A program made the position numbers and the translations under genes. A stretch of 64,000 nucleotides of DNA from Ranitomeya imitator (Eukaryota): NCBI RefSeq assembly GCF_032444005.1, contig NC_091287.1, positions 83,204,001 through 83,268,000 on the forward strand. The letters run 5' to 3'. Positions 10,152 through 23,970 of this stretch are shown piece after piece. Below the pieces are notes generated by a model. That model was not told the origin of the DNA, made no database searches, and saw only the letters and a program-made list of their open reading frames with translations. Every line of letters starts with the position of its first letter. Position 1 is the stretch's first letter.

Positions 10152-11577
10152 TAGAGATGAGCAAACTTGTTCAAAAAAGGTTCGCTTCACCAATCTCAAA
10201 GTCGGCACAAATCTTGCACATTCAGATTCCCAACGATTTGGATCACTTGTAGAGCAGTCACATCAGCTGATGTGACTGCTCTACCTAGAAGCTGGCTACA
10301 CAATGACAGGAGTGTGTAATTGCTCCAGCAGTATGTAGCACTGAGCTGCAGTGAGAAAGTTCACTGGAGTTCATCAGCTGATGAGCCCTGGCGATCTCAC
10401 TTACGGCACCACCACTGATTGAGAAAGTTCTCACGCAGCAGTGGTGCCATCAGTGAGTTCATAAGGGTTCATCAGCGTTCATCATCCGGTGAACTTGCTT
10501 ACCGCAGCTCAGCACTACACACTGCAGTAGCAGTTAGTCATTGGTATAGTCATGGAACATTATGGATTATCTCTTAACTTCGGACAGATGAGGAACATTG
10601 TTGTTTATTATGTTAATTCATTTACATGGGACATTGGCTTCAGTGGACTGAGCGATGATATGAGTATGGTTTAATTTAGAGTCAATAAAGGAGTCTGTGT
10701 CATTTTTTCAAATAAAGGACTTTTATCTTGGTGTGTTTTTTTATACAATATCACTCTTGGGTTAGTAATGGGGTCTTCTTATAGACGCCTCTCCATTGCT
10801 AACCTCTGGCCTTGATGTCACCTGATAATACAAAGGTGACATCAACTCCACCAACTATCACACCACTTGCCACTGCACCAGGGCAAGTGGGAAGAGCGAG
10901 GCTAAGTGCCAGATTTCTGTGGTGGCTGAGAGCTGATGTTCTTAGTCTGATAGGGGGGCAATATCCATGGCTACTTCCCAGGCTATTAATATCAGCCTGC
11001 AGCTCAGCTGTCTGCCTAGCCTTTGATGGTTATTAAATATAGGGGGCCCCTAAGTCTTTTTTTGTGGGGGTCCCCATTTTAATAACTAAGAAAGGCTAAG
11101 TATACAGCTGTGAGTGGATATTAATAGCCTGGAAAGCTCCATGGGTATTACCCCTTCCAAGGCTATAAACATCTGCCCCCAGCTTTCTGCTTTCCCTCTG
11201 CTGGTTAATAACATTTTGGGGGATCCGACTACATTTTTTCAGAAAATAATTTATTTAGTAATAAAAATACATGTGCAGTAAAGTACACTGTACAAATTAT
11301 ATATGTGATTTACATCTTTATATCTAACTATTCTATGTGTATATATCTATTCTATCCTATTATGTTAGGTCATGCTGTGGTTTTACTGTACGCAGCAGAA
11401 AATGTCTGATTTTTAAGGACATGGGTGTGTAAGAATCGGATGGCACGCGCATGGTCCCCACTTTTCTTGATGTTTGCCCCTAATTTAAGCTATTGGGCTC
11501 CCCTGAAAGTGTTTTCTAACATCGGGAAGTTCTTAGCTCCCAGCCGAACTGAACCATAAAAGGTTCCCTCATCTCTA
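10152..11577. mobile_element. Non-autonomous hAT element
   Basis: Termini TAGAGATGAG...CTCATCTCTA; 8-bp TSD CCCCTAAC (10144-10151) / CCCCTAAT (11578-11585). Confidence 0.88.
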
Positions 11578-12497
11578 CCCCTAATACCAGGCCGGAGGTC
11601 TGACATGACAGAGGATCATACAGCGAACAAGGAGAAGTGCGAGTGGCTGGAGAGGTGAGCAGTAAGATGAGTATAAGTATTTTTTTATTTTAATTTTACA
11701 TATTATGGTTATTATGTTCTTGAATCTTCAGAGAATCCAGAACATAACAAGGGATAGTCAATAACTTCTCTGCTAATGGAATTTTCTTGGAAAATCTGCA
11801 CGTACAAGTAAATAAAAATTTTGAATGATCTGCTCATCTCTATTTTTGACATAAGCATGTTTTGAACATTAATCCCCAGCAACATAACAACATGCTGGGA
11901 GTTTAGTGGCCTCAAAGCTTGTGACAGGTTCCATTTAACTGTGTTTATGTCTAGCAACAACTGTGGCACTCAGAATAAATCACCAGGGTTAATGATGCAT
12001 ATTGATGTGTATCATTAATTCTTCTACCAGAGCATTTCAGATTTAAGGTGTCTTTGATACCCAGGGCAAAAGTGTGGGTTCTAGGTATAGTTCTATATAT
12101 AGTATTTTTAAAACTTATATTGAACCTGTCAGTTCCTTTTTCAGCTTGGATTGACATCCCATCCATCATGTAAAGCTGTGTCAAACAGAATGTCCAATAA
12201 ATACTGAATGTGCTTATTGTCAGCAATGTGACTAGTTCCTATTTCAGTGTGCTTTTGTCAAAGGTGTTTTTGCAAACAAATTGAATGCTTATAATTTAAT
12301 TAGCTTGTGGAATCTCAACACAATTAGAGTAGCTTATTAGGATGTAATTTTTTGTAAAGTAATACTAACAGTAACTTCATAAATGAACAAGTTCATACAC
12401 GGCGAGGGTCAATTTGACAGTCCACTAAGGCCTCGTGCCTCATACACTCTGCAATACTGTGTTCACGAAGCCTGCATGGATCCAGAGATTAGATTAA

Positions 12498-13398
12498 GGC
12501 TATGTGCACACGTTGTGGATTGTATGCATTTTTGCCTCATTTTTCACAGCGAAAACGCTGCGAAAACGCATACACAAGACAACCCATTGAATTCAATGGG
12601 ATCCCGTAATGCTGTGCTAATGCTGCGTATTTTTCCGCAATGGAATTGCATCGTGGAAAAATACGCAGCATGCTCATTCTTTGTGCGGAATCGCGGTGAT
12701 TCCGCACACATAGGAATGCATTGATCCGCTTAATTCCCGCATGGGGCTATGCCCACCATGCGCAAAGTAAGCGGATCATCTGCGGATGGTACAAGGGTGT
12801 GGAGGAGAGGAGACTCTCCTCCAGGCCTTAAAAAAAGATTTACAATAAAAAAATAGTTACTGTATATACTCACCTTCTGGCGGCCCCCGGATCCAGCCCA
12901 GGCCTTAGCGATGCTCCCAGCAGGTCCCGTTTCCAGTGATGCCTTGCGACAATGACCTGTAATTATGTAGTGGTCTAACATGATGCTAGGTCATCTGATG
13001 TCATTGTCACGAGGCATCGCTGGGAACAGGGGTTGCCGGGAGCATTGCGAAGATCGGGTAGGCTGCGGGGGCCGCTGGAAAGGGAGAATATCATGATTTT
13101 TTTATTATTATTATTTTTAACACTATATCTTTTTACTATTGATGCTGCATAGGCAGCATAAATAGTAAAAAGTTGGTCACACTTGTCAAACACTAAGTTT
13201 GACAAGTGTGACCAACCTGTCAATCAGTTTTCCAAGCGATGCTACAGATCGCTTGGAAAACACTAGCATTCTGCAAGCTAATTATGCTTGCAAAACACTA
13301 TTGTTTAGCAGGAATATGCATGCCAATTCTGCATGCGTATTTCCCGCTGCAGGGAGTTGCGGAATTGCAGTGGAAATTTCGCAACGTGTGCACATAGC
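12498..13398. mobile_element. TTAA-flanked MITE (GGCTATGTGCACAC termini; Kolobok/T2-like)
   Basis: TTAA at 12494-12497 and 13399-13402; TIR (G)GCTATGTGCACACGTTG; internal inverted repeats. Confidence 0.85.
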
Positions 13399-14213
13399 TT
13401 AAGGAACGCACCCATGTGTTGTTGTTCAGGCTCAGTCATGTGAAGTATGTAAAAAGCTATTACAAGAAGTAATGCACATGGATTCTGATGAAGCTTTTCA
13501 CAATTTTTTTAAATGTTGTAATGAATTAAAAGAAAACAGAAGCCTCATTCACTAGCATAGGAGTCGTTTTATGGCTCCATACAAATCAGAACCAAAACAT
13601 GGCCGGTACATGGGCCTTAAACAGATTCTGTTACCCAATTGTCACACGTAATGAAATTACAATTTGAGATCCCATTTAACCGATCTCCCTAAATACCAAA
13701 GCGTAATTCTGCTAAATCGACATTTAAGTATTAAATTAGTCACATATTCAACTTTTAGTGCTGGAGAAGCTAGATAATATCCATTAACCAGAAATATTTT
13801 CCTCTTGTTTTTCATATTAAGGAACAAAAACCCCAATGGACATATTTGGCTGTAGTGATCTTTTGGCAAATCCTGTGTCTGCTTAATTTGTTCTGTTGAT
13901 GGGATTCCGTATCTGATCACAGTGAAAATGTAAAAAGTCTGTATATTAATGAGCCATTTTGTATTTTGGCAATACTTAAGTAGATCTTTATGTGTGGAAA
14001 GGATGGATTTAAATGTTTAACTATGTTTAGACTGTACTGAGTAAAAAATATATCAAAATTGCAACTATATGCCAGAATAAACTTTGGTAACTATCAATAA
14101 ATCATAAACTTATGTGTGGGAATTGAAGGAAGCAAATTTTTTATTGGGCACTGGTGCTTTGCTTGCTGGCACACAAGAGAGATAGGTTTTAAGATTATTC
14201 TTATCTTCACGAA

Positions 14214-14870
14214 TAGAGGTGTGCAGATCAGTCAAAATTTGAACTCGCCTGTTTGCGTGGATTTTTTCCGGGAATGTTAATTTCCAGAGACTCTATTCTC
14301 TGCAAATTAAATAGCCCTTATTATGGTCTGGGGTTTCTGCAGACCATAGAACAAAATAAATGTAAGATATAAAAAGTTGCTCCCGCTGCTCCCTGACCGC
14401 TGTCTGATCCACAGTGCCTCCATCACACTGCATCTCATGGCCCGGTGTTCACTTTGGGCTAAGGCCTTTGGTCATAAGTAGGCCCCTGAGATTATTGTGC
14501 ATGAGAAATGATTTCCAAGGCCTGCAGATGGAATTTGCGAACCTGTGTCACTCTAGGCCGAGACTTCCAGATGCTAATTGTAATCTCTGGCCTAGAGTAA
14601 ACCCCTACATGCAACAGTGGAGGGGAGGAGCAGACAATGAGCAGGGAGCAGATAGCGGGCAGCCAGGGAAATGAGCATTGAGGAATGTTTATGTTTTTTA
14701 GAAAACCTTTTGCTGGCTCCCTAACATTCAGCAAATTAGCTGCCAGCTGGCCACAATTTTGGTTAATTTGTGTAGAGTGAATTACCAAAAAATCCGTATT
14801 CTCCAGAATGCTGGTATTTGCAAAATTTGACTAAAATTAAATTCCACTTGAATAAATTCACCCATCTCTA
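14214..14870. mobile_element. hAT MITE
   Basis: Termini TAGAGGTG...CATCTCTA; TSD TTCACGAA (14206-14213) / TTCAAGAA (14871-14878). Confidence 0.8.
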
Positions 14871-14903
14871 TTCAAGAATAAACAAATCTACAAAACATCT
14901 TAA

Positions 14904-15242
14904 AGAGAACCTGATAGTGGAATCCTGCTGCCTGAACCATGGGCAGCGTGCACCAGGCACTGGCTGTATTATTTAATTTCCCCTTGAGTGAAAGGTCTCT
15001 CCCTGTGTGAGTGTAAAGGGAGAGAGCTTTCAGTCATTTGCAGCCGGTGAGGAGAAGCTGCTGGGGACCGGCCTTTCTGACTAGTCTCCCATGCAGCTTA
15101 AACCCTGATGGCTTTTAAAGTATTTTTTCTTGGAAATTCTGCAGCATTTCAGAGTCAAACATACCTGGCTGAAATCATACAGCCAGGGCTTGATACATGC
15201 TGTCCATGATTCAGCCAGCATGTATTTACTTTCAGGCTTCCT
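14904..15242. mobile_element. TTAA-flanked T2-like MITE
   Basis: TTAA-AGAGAACCTGA at the left end and TCAGGCTTCCT-TTAA at the right end. Confidence 0.65.
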
Positions 15243-15330
15243 TTAAAAGTGTTCTATAGTTTTGCAGCTTATAGCTCCCTGGAAGAACCACATGTCTTCA
15301 TAATGACAGATTATAAAAGCCACATATATA

Positions 15331-16138
15331 CCATATATACTCGTGTATAGGTCAAGTTTTTCAGCAAATTTTTTTGTGCTCAAAACTCCCCCTTGGCTTA
15401 TACACGAGTCACAGTACAGAAAGCTGGCGGTGGAGCAGCGGGTGCCAGGAGCCGGCGCACACATCATACTCACCTACCTGTGCACGCTCAGTGCTGGCAC
15501 TGCATCTCTCTCCAGCCGCTGGCACCTGCCTTCATCTCTTCGTGTGCTCAGCGGTCACGTGGTACCACTCATTAAGATGATGAATATGGACGCGTATCCA
15601 CTCCCATAGGTGTGGAGCCCATATTTATCACCTTATTGAGCGGTACCACGTGACCGCTGAACACAGGAAGAGCTGCAGGCAGTTGCCGGCGGCCGGAACA
15701 AGATGCAGTGCCAGCACCCATGACGCACAAGTAGGTGAGTATGATGTTTTGTTTTTGTTTTTCAATATGAATCATGCACACAGGTATAGGGGATAAGGAG
15801 CCATGCATACAGGGATGGAACAGGGGAGACATTCATACCAGGATAGGGAAGGGAGAGGCATGCATACAGGGACAGAACGGGGAGGCATTCATACCAGGAC
15901 AGGGAAGGATGAGGCATGCATACAATGACAGAGACAGGGGAGGCATGCAGACAGGGACAGGGATGGGGAGGAATTCAGGCAAGGACAGCGATGGGGGGAG
16001 CCACACACAGCAGGACAGGGATGACGGGAAAATGCATACCCAGCTTATACTTGAGTCAATAAGCTTACCCAGTTTTCCGTGGCAAAAAGTAGGTGCCTCG
16101 GCCTATACTCGGGTCAGCTTATACTCGAGTATATATGG
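15331..16138. mobile_element. Non-autonomous Tc1/mariner-superfamily element (pogo/Tc2-like termini)
   Basis: TA TSD; TIR CCATATATACTCG(T/A)GTATA; internal ~280-bp imperfect foldback at 15455-15745. Confidence 0.82.
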
Positions 16139-16594
16139 TACCTGGCTATTACCAAGAGTTAGGGGGACAGAAAAAATGAGGTCTAACTGCAAGATTCTAC
16201 TTTGTTTTCTAATTACCCACAGTGTAAGCTGGCCCAAGAGCTATAGACGCAAATTTATAGGGAATTCTGAAGACTATTTACAGAATCATTTCAGTAATTT
16301 TAAAATAGTCAAATAATTTTTGGTAAATTAAAAACTTTTTTTAGCACTGGAGTTATTAAACTGGATGTAGGGAGAAGTATAAACTTCATTATAAAAGATG
16401 ACTACTGTTACAGGAAGAAAAGCAGAAGCCACATAATAAAAATTATTCCCATTTTCATTTTGATGCATGCTGTGCACGTTGTAACCAAGATTTCCTTAGC
16501 ACAAATAGCACAGCACTGGGATATCACTGCAGAAAATAAGTGTAATCTGACATCTTACTCAACGTCATTCAATGGGTTGTGTAATCTTAAGTTA

Positions 16595-18055
16595 CAGTGG
16601 CTTTGCAAAAGTATTCACCCCACTTGGCATTTTACGTGTTTTGCAACCTCACAACCTGAAATTTCACTGTTTTTGTTTTTTTTTTAGGGTTTGCATCCAT
16701 TCAGGTAAAGATTAAAGAACCTACCTACAACTGCGAACATATGGTTTTCTTTTTACTGTGAAGTAAACAACAAATAGGACAAAAAGAATGAAAACTGCAG
16801 TGTGCATAACTATTTACCTCCCTAAAGTTAGTACTTAGTAGAGCCTCCTTTCGCTGCAGTTCAGCTGCAAGTCACTTTGGATAAGTCTCTATGAGCTTTC
16901 CACATCCTGCCACTGGGATTTTTGCCCATTCCTCAAGACAAAACTGCTTCAGCTCCTACAAGTTAGATGGTTCCCTCTGGTGAACAGCAATCTTCAAGTC
17001 AGACCACAGATTGGATGAAGGTCTGGGCTTTGACTAAGCCACTCCAAAACATTTACACGTTTCCCCTTAAACCATTCACGTGTTGTTTAAGCACTGTTCT
17101 TTGGGTCATTGTCTTTTTGGAAGGTGAACTTCCGTCCCAGTCTCAAATCACTGATAGACTGGAACTTGTTTTGCTCAAGAATATCCCTGTATTTTACACC
17201 ATCTATCTTTCCCTTGACTAAGACCATTTTCCTGTCAGTGCTGACAAAAAAATCCCCACAGCATGATCACTGTGGGGATGGTGTTCTTGGGGTGATGAGC
17301 TATATTATTTTGGTGCCAGATATAGCATTTACCTTGGTTGCCAAAAAGTTCAATTTTGGTCTCATCTGACCACAGCACCTTCCTCCGTACTTTTAGGGAG
17401 TGTCCCACATGTCTTTTGGCAAACTCAAAATAAGCCTTACAATTTTTCTGTGCAATTAAAAACTTTTTTCTGCCCATTCTTTCTTAAAGCCACTTCTATG
17501 GCGTGAATGACTTATTGCGGTTAAGTGCTGTTTCTCTGATTAATGCCATCATTTTCTGGGCTGAGAGTTTTGGTTGGTGGCCCTGTTTTGGAAGGTTTAT
17601 TATGCTACCATGTTCTTTCTATTTGATGATAATGGATTTGATGGTGCTCTGGAGGATCCTCAGAGATTGAGATATTTTTTAATAACCCAACCCTAACTTG
17701 TACTTCTCCACAATTTTGTTCCTGACTAATTTGGAGATCTCCTTGGTATTCATGGTGTTGTTTGGTTAGTGAGACCTCTTGCTTAATGGTGTTGCTGCCT
17801 CTGTGGCCTTTGAGAAAAGGTGTGTATATTCTGACAGACCATGTGACGCTGTATGTTCTGACAGACCATGTGACACTTAGATTGCACACAGGTGGACTTC
17901 CTTTCACTAAGCATGTGGCTTATGAAGGTAATTGCTTTCACCAGAAATTTTGAGAGGCTTCATAAAAAAAGGGGTAAATACATATGCACATACCATTTTT
18001 GAATTATTTGATCCCATAAATGTAATTTATGCTTACATTTTTTTCACTTCACTTT
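16595..18055 (-). mobile_element. Degenerate Tc1 transposon with internal deletions
   Basis: TA-CAGTGGCTTTGCAAAAGTATTCACCC terminus at 16593. Minus-strand peptides VLWSDETKIELFG (17235-17477) and a Tc1 N-terminal region near 17600-17760. The right TIR is eroded. Confidence 0.88.
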
Positions 18056-18590
18056 ACACAGACCAACAGACGGCACTAAACATTTTCCGGTAGGTAAACC
18101 TTTACTGATCGGCGGTTATTTCATAGTCTGCCTATGCAGACACACACCAAATTAAATAATGTGCATTGTGAATCTATAATGCTCAGTGCGCATAGGCTGC
18201 CATGGGTCTTAGCAGTGTAAGTCCAATTCACACAAGATGGTGCACCGCTAAGAATGATGATCTTTTGCACTGCTTAAAAGATCATTTCATTCTATGAATG
18301 AGTATTTTCCTCATTCGTATGCAGCCTGTTTATACTGAAATATTACTGTAAAATGAGCACTCTTAAGGATACTCATTCAATTATCTTTCAGTTTAAATGC
18401 AGGCTTTGTTCTCTTAAATGGGTTGTCTATCTTTGAAGACTTTTTTATTTAGTTACTTTTACCTAAATGCCATATATTTGTGACTGAAAATCATTTTTTA
18501 AAATGGGTTTCATTAAAACCCTAGCTTTTAGCTCTAACAGGCTCTTTGTTTCCTTGCAAACTTAACTATTATGTGGTCTGCAATCATAAA

Positions 18591-18900
18591 TAGAGATGAG
18601 CGAACCGGAACAGTAAAGTTAGGAGTCCATACTGTTCGGGCATGGACACCAAACATGGACTTTACCAGGAAGTCCATAATACTGTTCGGGTTCAGCCCCC
18701 CGAATATCGGGTGTTTGTCGAACTGTCAAGTGCACACCCCCTCATCCTAGCCTGCGGCTTGCAGCATCACCTCACTCCTGCCTCCTCCAGCAACGACCCT
18801 GGGACCACGCTTCACTGCAGCCACCAGCCCCCAGTAAGTAATAAGATGCATGGATTATAAGAAGCACCACCATTTTATTTAAAAAAAACCTTTTCCATAC
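18591..18900. mobile_element. hAT MITE left-end fragment
   Basis: TAGAGATGAGCGAACC terminus with GTTCGG subterminal repeats; right end not found. Confidence 0.6.
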
Positions 18901-19117
18901 GGGATCATCAGGAGGTGTTCCCGTACACGACAAGCTACTATCTTCCATATATCAAGTGTAGAGTTCATGACGGGCATTCATATTCATCTACTACTACTTA
19001 CTGGTTTCTAATTGTTTACTTAGTGAATCTACACAAAGCACTATATATGTCATTTTTATAGCCTACCTATAAACGTTTAGTTTAGTTAGCGAATCTGTAC
19101 ATAGCATTACTCATATC

Positions 19118-19815
19118 TAGTGTTGAGCATTCCGATACTGCAAGTATCAGGTATCGGCCGATATTTGCTGTATCGGAATTCCGATACCGAGATCCGATAT
19201 TTTTGTGATATCGGAAATCGGTATCGGAGTGTGCGGTGCGTATGGTTACAAGGGTCTGAAGGAGAGGAAACTCTACTTCAGGCCCTGGGATCCATATTAA
19301 TATAAAAAATAAAGAATAAAAATAAAAAATATGGCTATACTCACCCCTCCAAAGAATCCTGGCTGTCACCGCTGCAAGCGTCCGCCTCCATCCTTAAGAA
19401 TGCTGTGAGTGAAGGACCTTCGATGACGTCATGGTCAGGTGAGCGGTCACGTGAGTGGTCAGGTGTGACTGCGACGTCATCGAAGGTCCTTCACTCACAG
19501 CATTCTTAAGGACAGAGGCGGACGCTTGCAGCGGTGACAGCCAGGGTCCATCGGAGGGGTGAGTATAGCCATATTTTTTATTTTTATTCTTTATTTTTTA
19601 CATTAATATGGATCCCAGGGCCTGAAGGAGAGTTTCCTCTCCTTCAGACCCTGGGAACCATGCAGGATACATTCCGATATTTGTGTCCCATTGACTTGTA
19701 TTGGTATCGGAACTCGGTATCGGCGAGATCCGATATTTTGCCAATATCGGCCGATATCGGCCGATACCATCCGATACCGATACTTGCAAATATCGGAAGG
19801 TATCGCTCAACACTA
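19118..19815. mobile_element. hAT MITE with long internal foldback
   Basis: TIR TAGTGTTGAGC / GCTCAACACTA; TSD CTCATATC (19110-19117) / CTCATGTC (19816-19823); CCGATA subterminal repeats. Confidence 0.92.
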
Positions 19816-21209
19816 CTCATGTCAGTTTTAGGGTTTACTGCATGCTATTTTCATAGATCACTATGTTATGTTAGTTCATCTTGAGATATTATGTTACACT
19901 AATCGACTACTTGATTGCCTGTCTCCCCTATTGCTATAGGGGTTTATTTTTCCCTACCTCCATATCCCACCCTTCCTTTCCATCCCTTCCTAACTTATCC
20001 TTCCCTGTTAAAATTTAAAATTCCCAATAAAAATTATTTGAAAAAAAAAAAAAAACCTTTTCCTATTTTTCTCCTCAAAATTTGGGGTGCGTCTTGTTAT
20101 GCGTAAAATACAGTACCCTATGTTATTTACATGTGCTATTACTATTTATTTACTTATATATAATAACAGATACAAAATAAAATGTTAAGCTGATAGCTAG
20201 GATATTGAACGTGGGAAGTCAAAGCTGTCACAAGTAGAACAAAAACTATAAATACCCACATGTGCACCTGTTGATATTTTGGCACAGTCCTTCAATGATA
20301 GCAATGATTTACAAGTGTGTGAATACACTATATTTGATTTATCGCTACAGCGGCTGTCACAATGCCAACGTATCCTCAAGTCATCCAGTAAAAAGAGAGC
20401 GGAGAATGCATGTTCAGCTACTGGTGGTATTCTAGGCATTTAAATCAGTTGATCCTACAAGAACAGTGAATTTATCCTGCCTATTAAAAATGGTCTTTAG
20501 GGAGTCTCTTAGACATGCTTGATGGTCTGGTCTGTGGCTGACTGAGCCAACATTGAAGCAGCAGGGGAAGATTGTGCTCTGGAAACAAACTGGTGTTTTT
20601 CTAATCCCGCCATGCCAACTGTATTCATCTGAGCTTGGTAGATTTAAAACTGGTGGATATGCTGATGGTCAGGGACTGCGGTTGCCAAGAATACAGCACA
20701 GTAGAATGTAACATGAGAGGGGATCAAGTAAGACACAGGGAGAAACATGTCAACAAATTAAGTTCATTAGGTCAGGTCTGTTATAAATGGCGTAAAAAAA
20801 AGGAAAGTCAGAGACTCGGTCAATAAATTAATTCAACAGATGTTTTTACACTGACACTTGAGAGTCATCAGGCCTCCCGAATACTAGATCATGGCAGGAA
20901 CGCTGTCAGTTCTCACAGTCTGAGAGGAACATTTATTTTACCTAAATTTCGAAAACTTCTGAAAGAAATTACCTTATTGAAAGCATTGAGGGGAAAAGGG
21001 GAGATGATTATGAATCCCTGTTATTCCGTAAAACCATTTATGTATCATATTTATTAGAATTAGAATTTTTTTTCTGCGTGTGAACTGTAAAGTTGACGAT
21101 TAATCAGTAATGTTCATCTATGATTTCTTAGAAATATAGCTGATGTCTGTTCTGCTAATGGACGGATAAGCAGTATTATTTTGTGATGTCCATATTGTGA
21201 CTATGTTAA

Positions 21210-21585
21210 AATTATTCGGTCATGTAAAATAACGCTATTAACCAGCAGATATGGGGTTAATCTGAAGGTTAATAGTGTTCTGACACTGTATGGTGCCTGT
21301 TAAGAGAGCCCCGCTGTGGTGGCTGTAACGGAGCCCCCATCACTGACTGACAGCCAGCCTTAATGATGAACCTGCTGTCAGTCAGTGCCAGGGCACGATT
21401 ACAGCCATCGTTCTATATGCACAGAGAGGTGACTGAAACAGTACTGGTGACAATTAGGGAGACTAAAGTTCATTTCATCTCTGTCGTTGGGCTCTCTCCA
21501 TTGCCTCAGTCTCAGAACGCTATTAACCTGCACATTCACCCCTTATCTGCAGGTTAATAGTATTATTTTGCATGACAGCTTCACT
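21210..21585. mobile_element. TTAA-flanked T2-like MITE (related fragment at ~42340-42725)
   Basis: TTAA at 21206-21209 and 21586-21589; inverted TGTCATG(T/C)AAAATAA...TATTAACC arms. Confidence 0.7.
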
Positions 21586-21667
21586 TTAAACTTGACTACA
21601 ATAATTATTGCTTCTGCAGAGACCATAAAAAGTTGAAAAATTCAGAATTTGTGTAAAATAATGGCAA

Positions 21668-21930
21668 GGTTAACCCCTTTACTCTCAAGCCTGTTTGCCC
21701 CTTCATGACCAGGCCAAATTTTATAATTCTAACCAGTGTCACTTTATGAAATAATAACTCTGGAACGCTTGTATGAATTTCACTGATTCTGATTTTTTTT
21801 TTGTGTGACATATTGTACTTCATGATAGTAATAACATTTATTCGATATGACTTGTGTTTATTTGTGAAAAAAATGGAAGTTTGGAAAAAATGTAGCAGTT
21901 TTCAAACTTTTAATTTTTATGCCCTTAAAA
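21668..21930. mobile_element. Terminal fragment of the piggyBac-like TTAA-CCCCTT family
   Basis: TTAACCCCTT start; similar to 40075-40320 and to the reverse complement of 38800-39050. Confidence 0.65.
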
Positions 21931-21980
21931 GAGGCATAGATATATCCATAGATATATAATAGAAAGGCCCATGTTTCTAA

Positions 21981-22390
21981 GGCTACTTTCACACTTGCGT
22001 TTTTAGCAATCTGTCGCAATCCGTAGTTTTGGGAAAAAACGGATCCTGCAAATGTGCTCGCAGGATGAGTTTTTTACCCATAGACTTGTATTAGCGACGG
22101 GTCACAACGGATGGCCACACGTCGCGTCTGTCGTGCAATGGATTTTGACGGACTGTTGGCACGAAAAAAAACATTCAAGTGAACTTTTTTTGTCCGTCAC
22201 GTCGGCCATTTTCTACCATGCATGCGCGGCCGAAACGCCGCCCCCTCCTCTTCGGACTTCAGAATGGGCTGTGGATGCGTTGAAAAGCTGCATCCGCTGC
22301 CCACGTCATGCACAAATTTCACAACATGCGTCGGTACATTGGCCCGATGCATAGCGACGGACCCGTAACAACGCAATTGTGAAAGAGGCC
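21981..22390. mobile_element. TTAA-type MITE (GGC(T/C)(A/T)CTTTCACAC termini)
   Basis: CTAA-GGCTACTTTCACACTTGCG ... CGCAATTGTGAAAGAGGCC-TTAA; same family as 51164-51793. Confidence 0.82.
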
Positions 22391-23429
22391 TTAATGAGTG
22401 TTGAATTAAAAAAAAACGGAAAAAAAAAGTTTTCTGCACCAGAGGGGGAAAGCCGACAGCCGGGGGCCAATATTTGTAGCCTGCTATGAATATCAGCCTG
22501 CAGCTGTCTGTGTAGCCTTTACTGGCTATTAAAATAGGGGGACCCCCAAAAAAATGACGTGGGGTCCCCCTATATTTTATAGCCAGAAAGGCTACGCAGA
22601 CAGCTGCGGACTGATATTCATAGCCTAGAGAGGGGCCATGTATATTGCCCCCCGGCTACAAATACCAGTACGCAGCTGCCCCAGAAATGGCGCATCTGTA
22701 AAATGTGCCAATTCCAGCACTTAGCCCCTCTCTTCCCACTCCCGTGTAGCGGTGGAATATGGGGTAATAAGGTTTGTATTGTAAGGTGACATTAAGCCGG
22801 GTTAATAATGGAGAGGCGTCAATAAGACGCCTATCCATTATTAATCCAATAGTAATAAAGGGTTAATAAAACACACACATGAGGAAAAAAGTATTTTAAT
22901 ATTCTTCATTTAACCATACTTACCATACTTCAGTGCCTGCAAAAAACGTAAAATAATAAACCGCATACTGCCTGTCCGCTGTAGTCCAATAAATAACGAG
23001 TGTCCCACGACGATCTCCCCTATAGAACAGTGACATCGGGTGATGTCAATGCTCTATAGGACCCTCAGTGACACACTGACAGGAGACAATGGCCCCTGCA
23101 GTGCATCTCTCAGGTTACTATAGTTCAAAGTCTCACTTTATGGCAATTTCTGCGTGGGAAAATTTCTCACACAGCAATGCCAAAAGTGAGACTAGGGAAA
23201 AAATTTTTGCAGCGGCGGAGGAATACAGTGCGGAAGGATACCTTCCTCCCATCATTGGATTCCTGGAGCCCCTGGAGAGCGGTCGCATCAGCTAATGCTG
23301 CTGTTCTCCACAGGAGATTGTCATGGGACACTCGTGGATTTCTGCAGATTTCAGGGAGTATGTTGGTTGTTTGTTATTTTAATATCCCCTGGCTTTGGGG
23401 ATCAAAATGACAAGCAATGGTGAGTATGT

Positions 23430-23970
23430 AATCTATGTTTAATGTACTGTATGTCTATATGTATGTATTGTATGTAATGTATGAATGTATTGTATGTAGT
23501 ATGTATGTAGTATGTATGTAGTATGTATGTAGTATGCATGTATGTAGTATGTATGTAGTATGTATGTAATATGTATGTATGTATGTAGTATGTATGTAGT
23601 ATGTATGTATGTAGTATGTATGTATGTATGTAGTATGTATGTAGTATGTATGTAGTATGTATGTATGTATGTTGTATGTAGTATGTATGTATGTAGCATG
23701 TATGTAGTATGTAGTGCATATGTAGTATGTTTGTAGTATGTATCTATGTAGTATGTATGTAGTAGTATGCATGTAGTATGCAGTATGTATGTAGTATGTA
23801 TGTATGTATGTATGTATGTAGTATGTATGCATGTAGTATGTATGCAGTATGTGTGTAGTATGTATGTAGTATGTATGTATGTATGTAGTATGTGTGTATG
23901 TAGTATGTATGTACTGTATGTATGTAGTATGTATGTACTGTATGTATGTAGTATGTGTGTATGTATGTAT
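23430..23970. repeat. Compound (TATG)n/(TAGTATG)n microsatellite
   Basis: Directly visible; it accounts for the H/T/Y/I-rich and C/M/Y/V-rich spurious ORFs. Confidence 0.97.
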
